A stretch of 64,000 nucleotides of DNA, from the NCBI GenBank assembly GCA_009602735.1, contig WELA01003305.1, positions 728,233-792,232 on the forward strand, written 5' to 3'. Of the stretch, positions 50,515 to 63,870 are shown piece after piece (the first letter of the stretch is position 1; each line of letters starts with the position of its first letter). Made by a program: the position numbers and the translations under genes. The notes beneath the pieces were generated by a model. That model ran no database searches. It was not told where the DNA came from and saw only the letters and a program-made list of their open reading frames with translations. This stretch comes from Mesotaenium endlicherianum (Eukaryota).

Positions 50515-51074
50515 TTTAGTGGAACAGATAGATAAAGTACTTAGTAAAATAAAATACTTTATCTCTTCAAGACAAGAATCTTTGAACACAAGTGGTAGCT
50601 TCTCGAAAGAGAGATGGCCTCTTGAAAATGAATATATTTCTTGAATTTGACAAGTACTAGAGTGATTCTGGAATTCCTCTTTTGAAAAGTTATATAATTC
50701 TGGAGTTTGACAAGTACCAGAGTGATTCTAGACTGCCTTTCTATGTGCTAGCTCTTGTTTATATACTTGCTACATAAGTCATTTTTAGGAAGGTGCATGT
50801 TGATGTGTTGGCACTCACCACATCTCAAGACTTGCCACCTCTTTCTAGAATAATGTGTACATGTTCTTTTGACCTAAATGGCATATTTGACTGTTGCCAC
50901 ATGGAGTTCTTCTAGGTTCTTCCTCTAACTTTGAAAATGCCTTAGAAAATTCAAACGACATGAATCTAGTCACTAGAGTATCTATTCACACTTGAATCCA
51001 CACAAAACTACTCTAAAATTATTTAAAAGCAATAAATAAAAACAAACTAATATATTCTAACTCTTATCACTACA
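50515..51074 (-). repeat. 5' LTR of element A
   Basis: Homologous to 16739-17235 but longer, owing to an internal tandem duplication of about 60 bp near 50620-50735. Confidence 0.9.
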
Positions 51075-52394
51075 CAGCCCCTGATAACCTCGGTTGTTAT
51101 AAACGTGGATTTTGGAAATTAGATTAATTGTGGATATTAGATTTTAGGTAGATACTACGCAGATAAATTAAAGTTGATATGTTAAGGTAGATTTGTGTAG
51201 ACGTGTGTAGATATATTATGGATTTATTTAAAGACAATTCTTATTATAAAGATGTTATATTGATATATTATATATATATATACTTAGTTAAAGTAGTTTC
51301 TTTGTTGCTTGTATTATAAATTTGAGGTTGAAGTTAATGTAAAGAATGATGGCGAATCTTGCGACAAATAGCTAATCTTCGTGCGACCGACAATTTTGGT
51401 ACATGATGCGACTCGGCCAACATTTTGGTTAACCATAACTTCTTTCAACCGACATCTGCTATTCAAATCGGGTTGGTAAATCGCGTCCTCTCCATGTCGG
51501 GGCAAATTGTACTTATCAGACTTGAGAAAGCCTCTCAAAAATTCTGAGCTTGAGAAAGCCTCTTAAGAATTCTGAATTTAAAGAAATAGAAATGTCCAAA
51601 GGGTACTTAAGTTTCAGCTTCTTAAAAATCCATTCTCAAGTGGAATTGCGGCGTTTGGGAGCCTGGAAAAATCTAGAGTGTATAGGGCTATAGAAAACAA
51701 AATTGACTCCCTAGTTTTGCAATCATGTTGCTAGTATGATGGAGACCAGCAACATCTCGATTTGACAAGTTTGAAAAACTTGACAACAATTTTTATCTTA
51801 CCCCACATGAATGGGAAAGCATGTGAAGGCAACTTTCTTAATTCATGTTCTGACTGGCATTGCTCATGATTGATTTTCGCAAACTACGCTTTTTGTTGAA
51901 CTCGTCGGCATGGGCAAGAAGCCCGCATAGAAGTAGTCAAATTTTCGCTCAGTAAGGAGAATTAAAGGTGCCCAAAACTTGTTGCAAATCTATGAAACCC
52001 TTTAAAGAGAAGTGTGCAAAAGAGCTCACTGTGTGAGCCTTCATTGTCGAGGACTTGGACTTTGCAAGAGCAAACACAGGAGCAGAGTCGAATTGGTCCA
52101 GTCCGCCACATGCACAGGTGCAAATTATATCCAGGGTGATCAACCAGGTCACTCGTGCATGGTCCACCGATAAGGTTGATCAGGTCGACGGCAGACGTGC
52201 AAAAATTTAACACACGTGCTCGTGGCACCGACACAAATAGCACGACACCTTTAGGCTACGTTGGGCTATGTGCGAGTTCCTTGACACGAGATTGCAGTTG
52301 CGCGCTGATGTTACAAGTCGGGAAGAAGGCTTGGGCTACAATTAAAGCTGAAACCATTGTATCTTATTCTGTTCTAAAATCACCCTTGGTGTCA

Positions 52395-53989
52395 ATGCGT
52401 ACTATGGCCAAGGAGCCCCTTCTCAATACTGCTGAAAATGAAAATGCAGCTGGCGTCCCGGAGAGCCATTTCTGGATGGGGAAGGAAACTTACAAGATAC
52501 CCATGTCTATGTACCGAGGAAACCGTGAGCGTTTATGTTCGGAACTACGATCTTCACCTAAAACTGCAGGAAAAGTGGCAGGCGTTGTTCTTCTGAAGGT
52601 GAAATAATGAAGTGCATGCCAGACGTCTCATCTTCCTAACAAGCATCTTCTAAATTTACTAAAAAGTCTAGCTCTCGTGTTCTATCTGTGAAGTACGTGT
52701 TCTACTTCTGACAATTGGGACAAGGCAAATGTCCCTTCGCGGTGTCGTATTTTCAGATTTTTGCGCTTAGTGGAAATGAACAGGCATTGTCTATAGCAGT
52801 AAAGAATGACTTTTGTTATGGTGCGCATATATAGAATACAAATGTGGATATTTGGTCGAATCAGCCGTGCATGTCAGCCGTGCATCCCACAAGATTGTTA
52901 CTTTTTTTTTTAATTTGGTTATCTACAATTACTGATATCATTTTGACTCTTACGCTAGCACCTTCAAAAAGTAACTGGAGGTTATGGACTGTCCAGATAT
53001 ATGCGTTCACTTTCCTCCTTGGTCCATAATTCGTAAGGGATGTGCAGCCATAATGTTCGTGAGCCGGTTTGAAAGCTGTGAGGATACACCTGAAGTAAGC
53101 CCAGAGCTTAGTTGGCGATGAGAATTTGCTATTTGGAGAAACGTGTGTAGGAAAGTACGCAAGGCTGGGAAAAACAATACAAGACACGCAAAGCATGATT
53201 GGCTCAAGCAAAAACCAAACGTGATAATCGTAAAGCGGATGGGGACTATGAGCATAGCAACATGCAGCAATCAAGCTCATACTCCCGTGTCTTCTGTGCC
53301 TCGTGGTAGGGTGGGGAGCAAGAAACAAGGCATTGCACAGATCACGAGCCCCTCTTCAGGTCAAATTTTCCCCCTCCCCACTCCCCTCTCCACCCTTCCT
53401 TGGCCTCTTCTGCTCGCCTTCCCCCTGGCTTGAAGGCATACACCAGCCTAAACAAGAGAAGTCTCGTTCAGGCGTGAGCAATCTGTGCGCATCGCATCAC
53501 TGCAGATCACTACAAATGCGAGTGGGATCGCCAAACGCGGTTGCTTTGTCGCTCTTGCCCCTGCTTCCACCTCTTACGGCTCAAGTCGGGGGCTTCTCTA
53601 TGCTCAGACTGCAAATACCGAGCAAGAGTCTGGCGCGTAGAAGGCGGGGGTTGAGGGGGGGGAGGGNNNNNNNNNNNNNNNNNNNGGGGGGGGGGGGGGA
53701 GGGGGGGGGGGGCGAGGGGGAGTGGATAAGTTGAAGGGGGCGTGAGGCAGGCAAGTAGGTGAAGGGCGGCGACAGACTGCACATGGACAGGCTCGCCATT
53801 TGTTAATCGAACGTCGTCCAATCTCATTTACCTTCTCATATCCGAACTCCGACTGGACGACAGAGTAAGGACAGGTGGCGGGCGCTGAGTGGCTGTCAGC
53901 TGGATCGGGGGAGGATGGGTGCAGGCAGGAGAGCTACTTCGCGTATCTGTTTGGCGTTGCTGAGGGCGGCTTCTACGGCTCCATAGTGT

Positions 53990-54038
<49 letters not shown>

Positions 54039-56273
54039 ACATATACGTAACAAGACAACCTCTGCCTTTCCCCCCCTCTTTACCCCCCCCATTACCTTAC
54101 GATTGTTAGTACGCCTCATAAGGAAAGCTTGCCGGAGAGTGCTTGCTTGCATGCGTACTGTGCCCCCACCATCCCCCCTCCCCCATCCCCCCTTTCCCAT
54201 TCAGAAGCTCTCTTGTACACCTCATGCCTGTGCTCTGAGTTTGCATAGAAAGAGAACCGCGCAGACTGCTGCGTGTGAGGGCGCTGCAGGCCCCAGTGGT
54301 AAACAGACAGACAGACGACTGGCTGACTGCCTGACCTGACCGGCCGACTGTCTGATAAACCGTCTAAATCACGCACTGGCTGGCTGCTTCATCGATGGAC
54401 TGACTGCTTGACAGCTGGCCGATAATCTACACTTGACCGACTGACTGGTCTGGCTGACTGCTTAACAGGCGAAAAAGATTGTGATAGGAAGATGATGGAT
54501 GATGGATGATGGATGGTTGTGACCGGGCGTGGCTATGTCTGAGCTATTATCACCTTCTCCTCTGGTGGGTGATTTTTGACCATGCTCACAGAGCAATGAG
54601 GAGGCGGTGGAAACAGGAGGTTACAAAATATTTGTGGGAAACTGATGCGTTGGGTGGACCTTTGTCGGGCGTGGGGCTCGGGCGTGTTGGAGCACAGAAC
54701 GTGAGCACAGGGAAGGCTACGCTCTTCATTCCGCGCCTGCCACCCGAGTATGCCGTCTGGATGGGCCGCATCGACGGCCCTGCCTTCTTCCAGGTGTGTG
54801 TGTCTCTCTCTCTCTCTCTCTTTTATGTGTGTGTGCGTTAGCGTGTGTGTCTGTGTTCACGCAAGCGCGCAGTCATTGGTCCAGCCTGCATGTGCTCGGA
54901 GTTGGTTGTACAAATCCTTCAACACGACTTTCTCCTTCAAAGTGTCACATGCTGAAACATCTTTCTAAAGTTCAGAGGTGAAGCACATTGCGGGTGGTCC
55001 TCAGCTAACTGGGCTTTGCACGCTTTCATATCCCCCTTGTTGCACTGCCATGTTTTCCTCGGGACATTCTCTCATTCTGTCCCCCGCCTCCCGTCTCTCG
55101 CACCTTCCTTCTGTTGAACAGGAAGAGAGCACCGGCAGTGCATGCACTCCTTTGTCTCTTTCTCAACTTCTTGACAACTTCGCTCCTGCGATGGGCAGGA
55201 GAAATACGCCGTCGATGCCGCCTACTATGTGGACGAGATGCCAGCTGTCCTGCGGCAGGAGCTTGGCGAAGCACAGGCGCGTGAATGCCGCAGTCGCCAG
55301 GTGGCAGATTCTGGAGAGCCTGGGGACCCTGACAGCCGCCAGGTGGCAGCTTCTGGGGAGCCTGCGCTGTACTTGCTCAAGGGGCTCAACACTGACAGCG
55401 GGAACTGGGCCCAGCCAGCCCACTTTGAGGTGAGGAGGGTCACATGCATGCACGCATGGACGCACGCATGCATGCGTGCTCCTGTCCCTGTCAGATGCAG
55501 GTGGCCTGTCCTCGTCGCCAGGCATGCATGTGGTCCTTCCATGACACTTGTACAACTAAGAACTCGGCTCTGGGTGATATCTGCCATGCTGGGTAAGTTG
55601 GAGCACGCACACTTAGCGCAGGAGAGTGCGAGCAAGAAACTGGAAGTGGCCAATTGCCAAGTGACAGAAGCTTGGTAGTTGCAACTATCTCCTCCAAGCA
55701 GCTGGGTATTTGTGTGTGCGTGTGTGTGTGTGTGATGTGCGCGCACGCGCGTGTGTGCAAAGTGCATGTGTGCGTGTGTGTGTTTGTGAGAGAGAGAGAG
55801 AGGGAGAGAGGTGGGGAGGGAGGGGAGAGGGAGCGAGGGAATGAGTGGAGATGTGTACAACATATATGAGTGAGAGAGGGCGTCCTTATACACGCGTACG
55901 TGTCGTTGCGAGTGTGAGCATTTGTGAAAATTGTCCCTCCGTGCGTGAGTATGTTGTGTGTGTGTGTATGTTTGCCTGTCTTGTGTATGTACACACACAA
56001 ATTTTGTAACTCATCAAATGCGGCCATGGGGCCGATATGCTAGGCTGTCCCTTTCTTTTACAGATCCACACGCGCTCAGAAATAAGTATGTGTGAGTATG
56101 TGGATCTGTGAGGACGTGCGTGCATATGCGCTCGTGCGTACCATGCTTGCGCATATGTAGCTTACTCCATGCGAATGGGCGGGTATAATTGCGGGTGCGA
56201 GCGCAGGTTTGAGCAAGGTTCAATGTGTTCAAATATGCCTGCACGCAGGTTATTGTGTGCGTGAACACACACA

Positions 56274-56349
<76 letters not shown>

Positions 56350-56629
56350 NNNNNNNNNNTTGTAACTCATCAAATGCGGCCATGGGGCCGATATGCTAGG
56401 CTGTCCCTTTCTTTTACAGATCCACACGCGCTCAGAAATAAGTATGTGTGAGTATGTGGATCTGTGAGGACGTGCGTGCATATGCGCTCGTGCGTACCAT
56501 GCTTGCGCATATGTAGCTTACTCCATGCGAATGGGCGGGTATAATTGCGGGTGCGAGCGCAGGTTTGAGCAAGGTTCAATGTGTTCAAATATGCCTGCAC
56601 GCAGGTTATTGTGTGCGTGAACACACACA

Positions 56630-56696
<67 letters not shown>

Positions 56697-59600
56697 TTGT
56701 GAAGTACCTCCCTCTATTGCAGCTGAGGAGCAGGTGTGAACCCGGGTCCGAATGCGGGTGGGGGCAGGGGATTGAGGAGTTTCCAACGGACACGGAGGCG
56801 CTCCACCCGGTGTTGAGTGAGTGCCGCGTGAAGAAGTCGGCGCAGGAGCTCGAGGTCCTCCGCTACGCGACAGCTGTCAGCTCCGCGGCGCACGTGGAGG
56901 TAGGCGGCACGCGCACTCGCGTTGCTGGCCCCAGCCAAGGCCGGGATTTGGTAGGGCCAGGAGTGTAGGAGCTACAATGCTGACTTGCATTTGCCGATCG
57001 ATTTAGTTGGCTGTTGTAGTCCTCGAGCACTTCAATCCACTCTCTGTACGATGCCCTCGTGACCTTCTCTCTCTGTTTCTGTAGAAGATGTCATTCATTT
57101 CCTCAGCGCAATGCTGCTGCAGACCGTGCAGGGCCCAGCAGGCGTGCTGGCTGCTCCATGGCATGCAAGTGCTGCGGGAGAGGAGCGAGAGAGGGATATG
57201 GGGGAGGGAGGTATGTGGTGGAGAGTCCCAGACAAGGAGAGCGGGAGTCGTTTAGGGTTAGGTTTAAGGATTAGGTGTTATGGTTGTGGGTATGGAAGAG
57301 GCGTGAAAGCTGTTCAAATTCTTTACCCTGTTCTTTGACCAGATGCTGTGAGCACTCGGGAGGGCGAGCCCAGTGCTCAATCGGTAAACTGCTCGATGCC
57401 AAGTAACGTGGGGCACGTGTCAGCACCTCGTGCAGCTGTGCGCGTGCGAGCAGTAACTTAGTCCGAGCAGTATGCGCGCTCATGCGTGCTCTACTTCAGG
57501 CTGAGGAGCGAATGGAGAGCCAATGCAAGCTGAAAACATACAAGCGCTGGATGTCAGAAGCCGTGGCTTGGTCCAAGATAGGGTCAAAGAGTCAACTGTG
57601 GCCCGCCTCCCAGTGAACTGCTGCTCTACTCCGAGTCAACTGCTGCTATCTCCAATTCCACTGTGACTGGCTTCCATGTCAGTTGTGGCTTGTTTCCCAG
57701 TCGATTCAGAGGAGCGCAGGTGGTCAACTGAAACCGCCTCTGGGTTCAACTATAAGAGAGCCAAAAACTGCCCCAAAAAAAAACGTATGTGCTGTTGACT
57801 TTGCGTTGACCCTCCGTGACTGTGACGGTACCCCGTGGTCCCAGGTGATGCGGAGGGCAGCACCTGGCATGACGGAGTACCAGCTGGAGAGCATATTCAA
57901 GCACCACGTGTACTACCACGGGGGGTGCCGCCACTGCTCCTACACATGCATCTGCGCCACCAGCAGCAACAGGTGCATGCACGTGGACCCGCTGCTGCGC
58001 AGCCTGCGCCTCTCTGCTTGGGACCACTCCTGTGCGTGCACATGAGTGTGCGACACCTGTGTGCGCAGAGGTGTCAAAGTCTCAGAGGACCCGGGCTCCG
58101 TCTTGTCCATGGGGGCTAGCTAGGTAGGTAGCAATAGTCAATGGTGGGGAAAACAGAGATCAGACTTCAAAATTCAGGATTCAGGTTTTCCTGGTCTCGG
58201 TTTTCCGGGCTTGGCTGACAATCCCACAGGACGACACAGGAAAAGGTTGGGGCTCAGGCCGCAAACACTTTTGCCTGGGGGCAGCAGGATCAGGGGCAGG
58301 GGCTTGTGTGGCGGAGTATGAGCTTCGGAGGTTGCATGTGGCATGGGGGGTGGGCGCGCGACAGATGCTGCGTTCAAATGCTCTCTCTCAAATCCCTCCA
58401 ATCTACTCTCAAATTGCTCAGCGCCTTCTGGCAAGCGAGAGAGGCACAGGTGTCAGGGTACAGGTGGCGGTCGGTGGCCCCAGCAAAGGCGTGGCCACGG
58501 ACGGCCCTTCTTGAGATGCCCCCACCCCCATGGATGCGCTTGCTCTTGTGCTTCGAGACAGGCAGATAGAGCGTCGGATAGGGCATCGCTCCAAAACTGG
58601 AGGCTGTGGCTTTGGGCTTTCTCAGAGGAGAGTTTTCGACGGGCAGGGTCTCTTGGGCTTCGTTTGAGCCATAGTGGGAATCAAGTTGGGGCGCACTTGC
58701 ACGCGCACATGGGCAGGGATTGTCATTGTGCACAAGATCAGCAGTTCCTGCCGGTCGCCCGCAGATCAGCTTGTACCCCGAAATGCTCTGGCATCACATG
58801 CATGGGTTCCTGCGGTGTTGACAGTATTGCGCGTTTTTGTGTGCGTTCGTGTGTTTGTGTGCGTGCATGCGTGCGTGTGTGTGTGCGTGTGTGTGCATGT
58901 GGGGGACCACAATTGTTGCAATCTGGAGTCAGCGCCGTGCTGCACTACGGCCACGCGGGTGCACCTAATGACCGGGTGAGCTGCTGTTTCTCTTCCCTGT
59001 GTGATTTTTTTTTGTGTGTGTGTGTGAGTGTGTGTGTGTGCATGCATGCTCACGAGCACGCACGTGCATCAATGAATCCCTTAGCTTGACCGTTGGGCAA
59101 AAGATCAGAGGTCATAAGAGGAAGACTCAGTGTTCCCAGTTGCTCCTCTTGGACGGCGCAACGCTCTTGCAACGTTCTGCTGCTGCTGTTGTTGGTTCTG
59201 CTCCAGCTACTGGGAGGGCTACTGGCGCTGCTGCCGTCGCAGATGCTGCTGCTGCCGCTGTTGCTGCTGCTCCTGCTCCTGCTCCTGCTCCTGCTGCTGT
59301 TGCGGCTGCTGTCTGCTCCTGCTGCTACTACTGCTCCTCCTGCCGTTGCTCCCGCTGCTGCTATTTCCGCCGCTGCTGCTGCTGCTGCTGCATAATGTTG
59401 CCCTTATTTCTCCCACTGGAGGTGGAGAAGACCCGTCGGAGCGAGGGGCTGAGGTGAAAATGAAGCTTGCTCGTCCTCCTTGTGCTGACAACTGGCGGTA
59501 TTTCCTCATGGTGACAAGTGACGCTCGCTCTGTGGTGACAAGTGGCGCAGACGATGGAGGACGGTGACATGGCTTTGTTGGACATGGGCGCTGAGTACAA

Positions 59601-60484
59601 CTGCTATGGCGCAGACATCACCTGCTCATTTCCTGTATATGATCTCTTCCCCTCCTTTCCCGCTTTCACCCCCTCTCTCCTTCCTGGTTCTGTCCTCCAT
59701 GCATGTGTGTGCATCCTCTGCCTATAAGCGTGTTTATGAGTGTGTGTGCGTGCACTGTGTGTGCGTTTTGTGCCTGTGCCTGTGCCTGTGTGCGTGTCTG
59801 ATTGCGTACATATAAATATTTGTGGGGAGCGCTCAGCCCATGATATGAATGTATTATCATATCGATGTACATAGCCTTCTCTACGTGCATTCACAAGTGC
59901 CCACGAGTGGCTACAAACCTGTGCGCGTCTGTGTGTCCTCTCGTTAACAATTTGCGTCCACAAGGAAGTGAGGCTATTCGTCCATCGTCCTTACCGTGGA
60001 TGCATAGAGGTGAAGAGAAGGATCGCTCATGTGCATGGCTGGGGGCCGAGCCCGTGCGCAGCGCCCCAGCATTTTTAGCCCGGATCGGGATACGGCGGAG
60101 CGCCACCTGGCGAGCTAGGCTGTTGGTGCTTAGCATCCATGAGGATGGCAGATAGGCGACTGATATTTCTCGAGGGATTGCGCTCGGGATGTGCTGCCCT
60201 CCTACTGGCTCTCTCCCCCCTCCCTCCTTCCATCCCTCCCTCCCTCCCTCTCTGCCTGCGCGCCTGCCCTGCCTGACCGGCTGCCTCCTACCTGGGAAGG
60301 GTGAGTAGGAGAGTTAGGGAGTGCTTTTGGCCTTCGTAGAAGGCTTCTGGGCTTCCTGCTGGCAGTGCTTGCTTAAGCTGTGCACCTCCTGCGCACGTGC
60401 ACACACTCCCACAAATGTACAGACACGCACATACGAGCGCGCGGGCACATACACACACACACAGGCACACACACACTTGTATGC

Positions 60485-60521
<37 letters not shown>

Positions 60522-63506
60522 GATGTGAGTGTCTGTGTGTTGACAGCATTGAAGTGTCAGTAGGGCGTCAATTTGTAGCGTAGCATGTGAGGGGGCGTTT
60601 CCGTCTATGTAGCAACATCTATAGGCATGTATGTATGCAAATTAGTATGGTATTACCATATCGTGTGTGCGTGTGTGTGTTTTGTGTGATGTCCGTGTGT
60701 GTGTGTGTGTGTGTGTGTGTGGGTTTGGGTGTGTCTTATGTGTGCGTGTCATACCTTTTTTTTCTTAGACCCTGCCACGCACTGAAAGATGCTCGGACAC
60801 TGATACATATACATACATATGAAAGTGCTTATATTTCTTTACGAATGTTGTGGATACCAGTGAGGTCTGACCTCAAGCGCGTGTGCTCTCCGGTGCGTGC
60901 ACGTGTGCGTGTTTGTGTGTGCGTGCGTGCGTGCGTGCGTGTGTGTGTGTGTGTCTATATGCATGCGTCCGCGCATGCGCACATGCTTGCAGGTAAACGG
61001 CAAGTTCTCGCAGCAGCAGCGCATCGTCTACGGGGTGAGATCAATGTCTCTTCCTCTCTCCCTCCCTTTCTCCCTCTTATCTCTCCCTCCCTGCCTGTCT
61101 CCCTGCCTGCCTGCCTGCCTGCCTGCCTCTCTCCACCTGTAAGAGTCCTCGGCTCCCCCATGCCTCGTTGCTACAGCCCTGTCACCTGCTGGAACACTTA
61201 AAACTTTGCCCTTGCATCTCTTGTATCCGAATTCAAGCGTGGGCAAGTGGGCATGTATGCATGTGTGCGCTTGCGGTTGGAGATTGACATGAGGGGACGC
61301 CCGGCACGTTCGGCACATGTCTGTCCGTAATCGTACACTCACAGACACCAACACATGCACGCGCTGACATGGAGGCGCGCGTGCATGTGCACGCGCGTGT
61401 CGTTGTTTCCATGTACGCGGGGGTGAAATGTGCCTCCCATGCCTACCCACCAGCCCTCACTTCTCTCCGCCTTCTCTTCTGCTCATGTGAACGTTTGATC
61501 ACAATATGCATGTCCATGTGCGTGTGCATGTGCATGTGCATGTGTGTACGCTTACTCATTTAAGTTCTCATGCACACTCCGGAGTAATGTCAGTGTACAT
61601 GTGAGTCCTTGAAAGTATCATGATTAACGCATTCAGCAGTGCACGTGTTTAACTTGTCAGACCCGGCCGGATTTATCGTGTGTTAACAAGATCAATAGTA
61701 CGCACTTGCTGGCATGCGCCCGCGTGCGCGCGCTCTTGCGTGCGCGCCTAGAGAAACCACGCTTGGGCAATGTCTGTTGGAGGGCTTTTTGGCCATATCA
61801 TTTGCCCTCCTCAGAGTCACCGCTGCCGACAAAGTGCTAGCGGTTGGCGGATCGGGGTGGGTCGCAGGCTGTGCTGGCTGCGCAGGAGGCTGTGTGCGCC
61901 GCCATGAGGCCGGGTGTCAGCTGGCCAGACATGCACCGGTACAACCCCCTCCCTCCCTCCTCCCACGTCCTCATCGATTTGGGCGGCCTTTTGCTGCCAT
62001 TGGAACGAGGTAGGGGCTCTTGCGAGGGGGGAGCAAATGCACGCCGGACCTGTGGGGTATGTCCTGTGCCACGTCAGCGTGCCCCGTCACTGCATGTGCT
62101 TGCGTGCATGACCCACATGCATCTCCTCATGCATACATGCCCGGGCCAGACTTATTTATCTATCATCAACCTGGTGATTATTTCTGAGGCATTTGTCGTA
62201 CAGCAATAGCAAAGGCAAGACATAGCTGCAAGTCTCTTTCCCCGTCCATGCAGACCTGCGCAGTGCGCGCGTGTGTATTCTAACCTCCTATAACTTCTAT
62301 AGCTCGTCTCTACCCGAGGACGTGGAAGGAGATGGTCAGGCGTGCTCGTAGGATGTGAATCGATGGATGACCTGGTGGGCTGAGATGACGACACCTGGCA
62401 TGGTGGCCCTTGTGTCGTCCCATGCGGTGTAGGTTGGCAGAGCGCAAGATCTTGGAAGGCCTCGCAGCGGGCGGCTACCTCCAGGGGTGCGTTCTCACTC
62501 TCACTGTTCCTCGAGGGGACGGAGCTGCACAGCTTGCTCAGCTGTCTCGAGCAGCCCTTGTTGGGCATGGCAGATAGCTCCCCCTGCCTCCTGCCAGATA
62601 GGCCTGTCACACCTCGAAAAGCCAAAGCGGGCTCCATTGTACCTCAAGCCAATCAAACCCAGACACCGGCCTTGACCCTCAAGGGCAATGTGGGCGTGGG
62701 TGTCGACGCGGCGCGGGTGGAAGGGGGCAGATCAGTGGAGGAGATGATGGCGGAGCACCTGGGAGCGGTGTTCATGCCGCACGGCCTCGGCCACCTGCTG
62801 GGCCTCGACACGCACGACGTCGGGGGCTACAACAAGGTACCCCTCCCCCCCCAACCCAAAACCACCCATACCGGGCCTTGGCTTTTGGTGGAGAGAGAGA
62901 TAGTCACTTCACTTCCCCAGTGCACACGTGACATGGAGGCCAAGTGCTGCCAGTGCCGTGAGTGCCTCAGGAGGCCCCTCGAGTGCCTCGCAAAAATTGC
63001 CACTTCTCTGACTCGCATCTGCCGTTAAGGTGTAGTCGACGTCGACGCTCTCGAATGGCATGCTGAAGAAGATGGGAGGGGGGATTTGGGAAGGTGTAGC
63101 GCACGCGTGCACCCGCCATTAGCGGTTGCTGATCTTGTTCTCCCCACTTTCTCTTTCACACACACAGGCACAAATACATGCACAATTATCATTTCTTAGA
63201 GGCGAGTTGCGTTGCGCACACCCGCACTTGGTCTCGTAATCGTATCGGAGGAGACAAGGGGTGTTTGTAGCAAGACTAGGGGCTCATACTTCCAAGCAAT
63301 GCATATCTTAGCAGCTGACAGATGGCATTGGAGACGCGTTGGTTGGTTGCGGTCCCCTGTGGGAAGAAGCTTCTATTTTTCATAATATTTTTGATTTTAT
63401 TCAGCGTTTGCAGTTGGCGTGACATGTGTTGGGACAGGGGCCTGAACGGAGCGACAAACCAGGACTGCGCAGTCTGAGAACCGCGCGGTTGCTTGAGGAA
63501 GGCATG
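52395..63506 (+). CDS. PEPD: Xaa-Pro dipeptidase (prolidase, peptidase M24B), continues beyond the window
   Basis: Exons 52395-52598 (start may be 52308 or 52404), 53310-53359, 53925-53985, 54698-54793, 55199-55429, 56768-56899, 57845-57972, 58933-58975, 59551-59634, 60993-61034, 61868-61938, 62433-62486, 62731-62836, 63438-63506, with consistent phases. Motifs: [87 protein letters not shown]. Confidence 0.95.
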
Positions 63507-63870
63507 GTACGCCACCTGTCTCTCTTTGCTCTGCAATTCCAGCCCCCCCGCACCCGCAAATGAACAAACCCCACCCTTGCGTAGAGGGGCAAGTGGATGA
63601 GGGAGCTCCTTGAGTCACTGCTTGCTCTCTCCGTCATGCTGACCTTCCTGGGACCTAGAGATTATCACCACGCTTGATACTCTCAGTGACTTTTTGTCCC
63701 TGTGGAGGTAACAACCTTTTCCCCCGTCTGGGTGTTTCCTTATTGTCATGCACCATCCACCTAGACTCAGTCAAGTCAAGCGTGGGAGGCGTAAGAAGAG
63801 GGAATGGGGAGAGGGAGAGGGAGAGGCGGGGGGGGAGGGGACGTGGAGGGAGCGGGAGGGAGGGAGAGGG
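53640..63870. repeat. Dense intronic microsatellites: (CT)n/(GA)n, (GT)n/(CA)n, poly-G, (CTG)n, (CCTG)n
   Basis: Examples: (CT)n 53991-54034; (CA)n(GA)n 56265-56349 and 56621-56692; CTG-rich 59177-59392; (GT)n near 60497-60520 and 60695-60721. Confidence 0.95.
56004..56692. other. Small N gap (56350-56359) flanked by an apparently identical duplication of about 340 bp
   Basis: 56004-56349 recurs at 56360-56692 and ends in a (GA)n run; likely an assembly artefact. Confidence 0.8.

Larger units (their letters stand above)
16739..51074 (-). mobile_element. Element A: degenerate full-length chromovirus-type Ty3/Gypsy LTR retrotransposon, the outermost host of the nested stack
   Basis: LTRs at 16739-17235 and 50515-51074 (TGTAGTG..CACTACA; the second copy starts TTTAGTG). 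Identical 5-bp TSD CAGCC at 16734-16738 and 51075-51079. tRNA-iMet-type PBS and a gag-PR-RT-RH-INT-chromodomain order on the minus strand. Confidence 0.92.

Noticed and set aside
57251..57278. Interstitial telomere (TTTAGGGTTAGGTTTAAGGATTAGG)
   Set aside because: Only about four degenerate units within an SSR-rich intron.
59014..59567. Poly-Ala, poly-Leu, poly-Cys and poly-Gln ORFs, and the VC/HT/ER-repeat ORFs across 53.8-63.9 kb
   Set aside because: These are translations of intronic microsatellites; the prolidase exons join without them.
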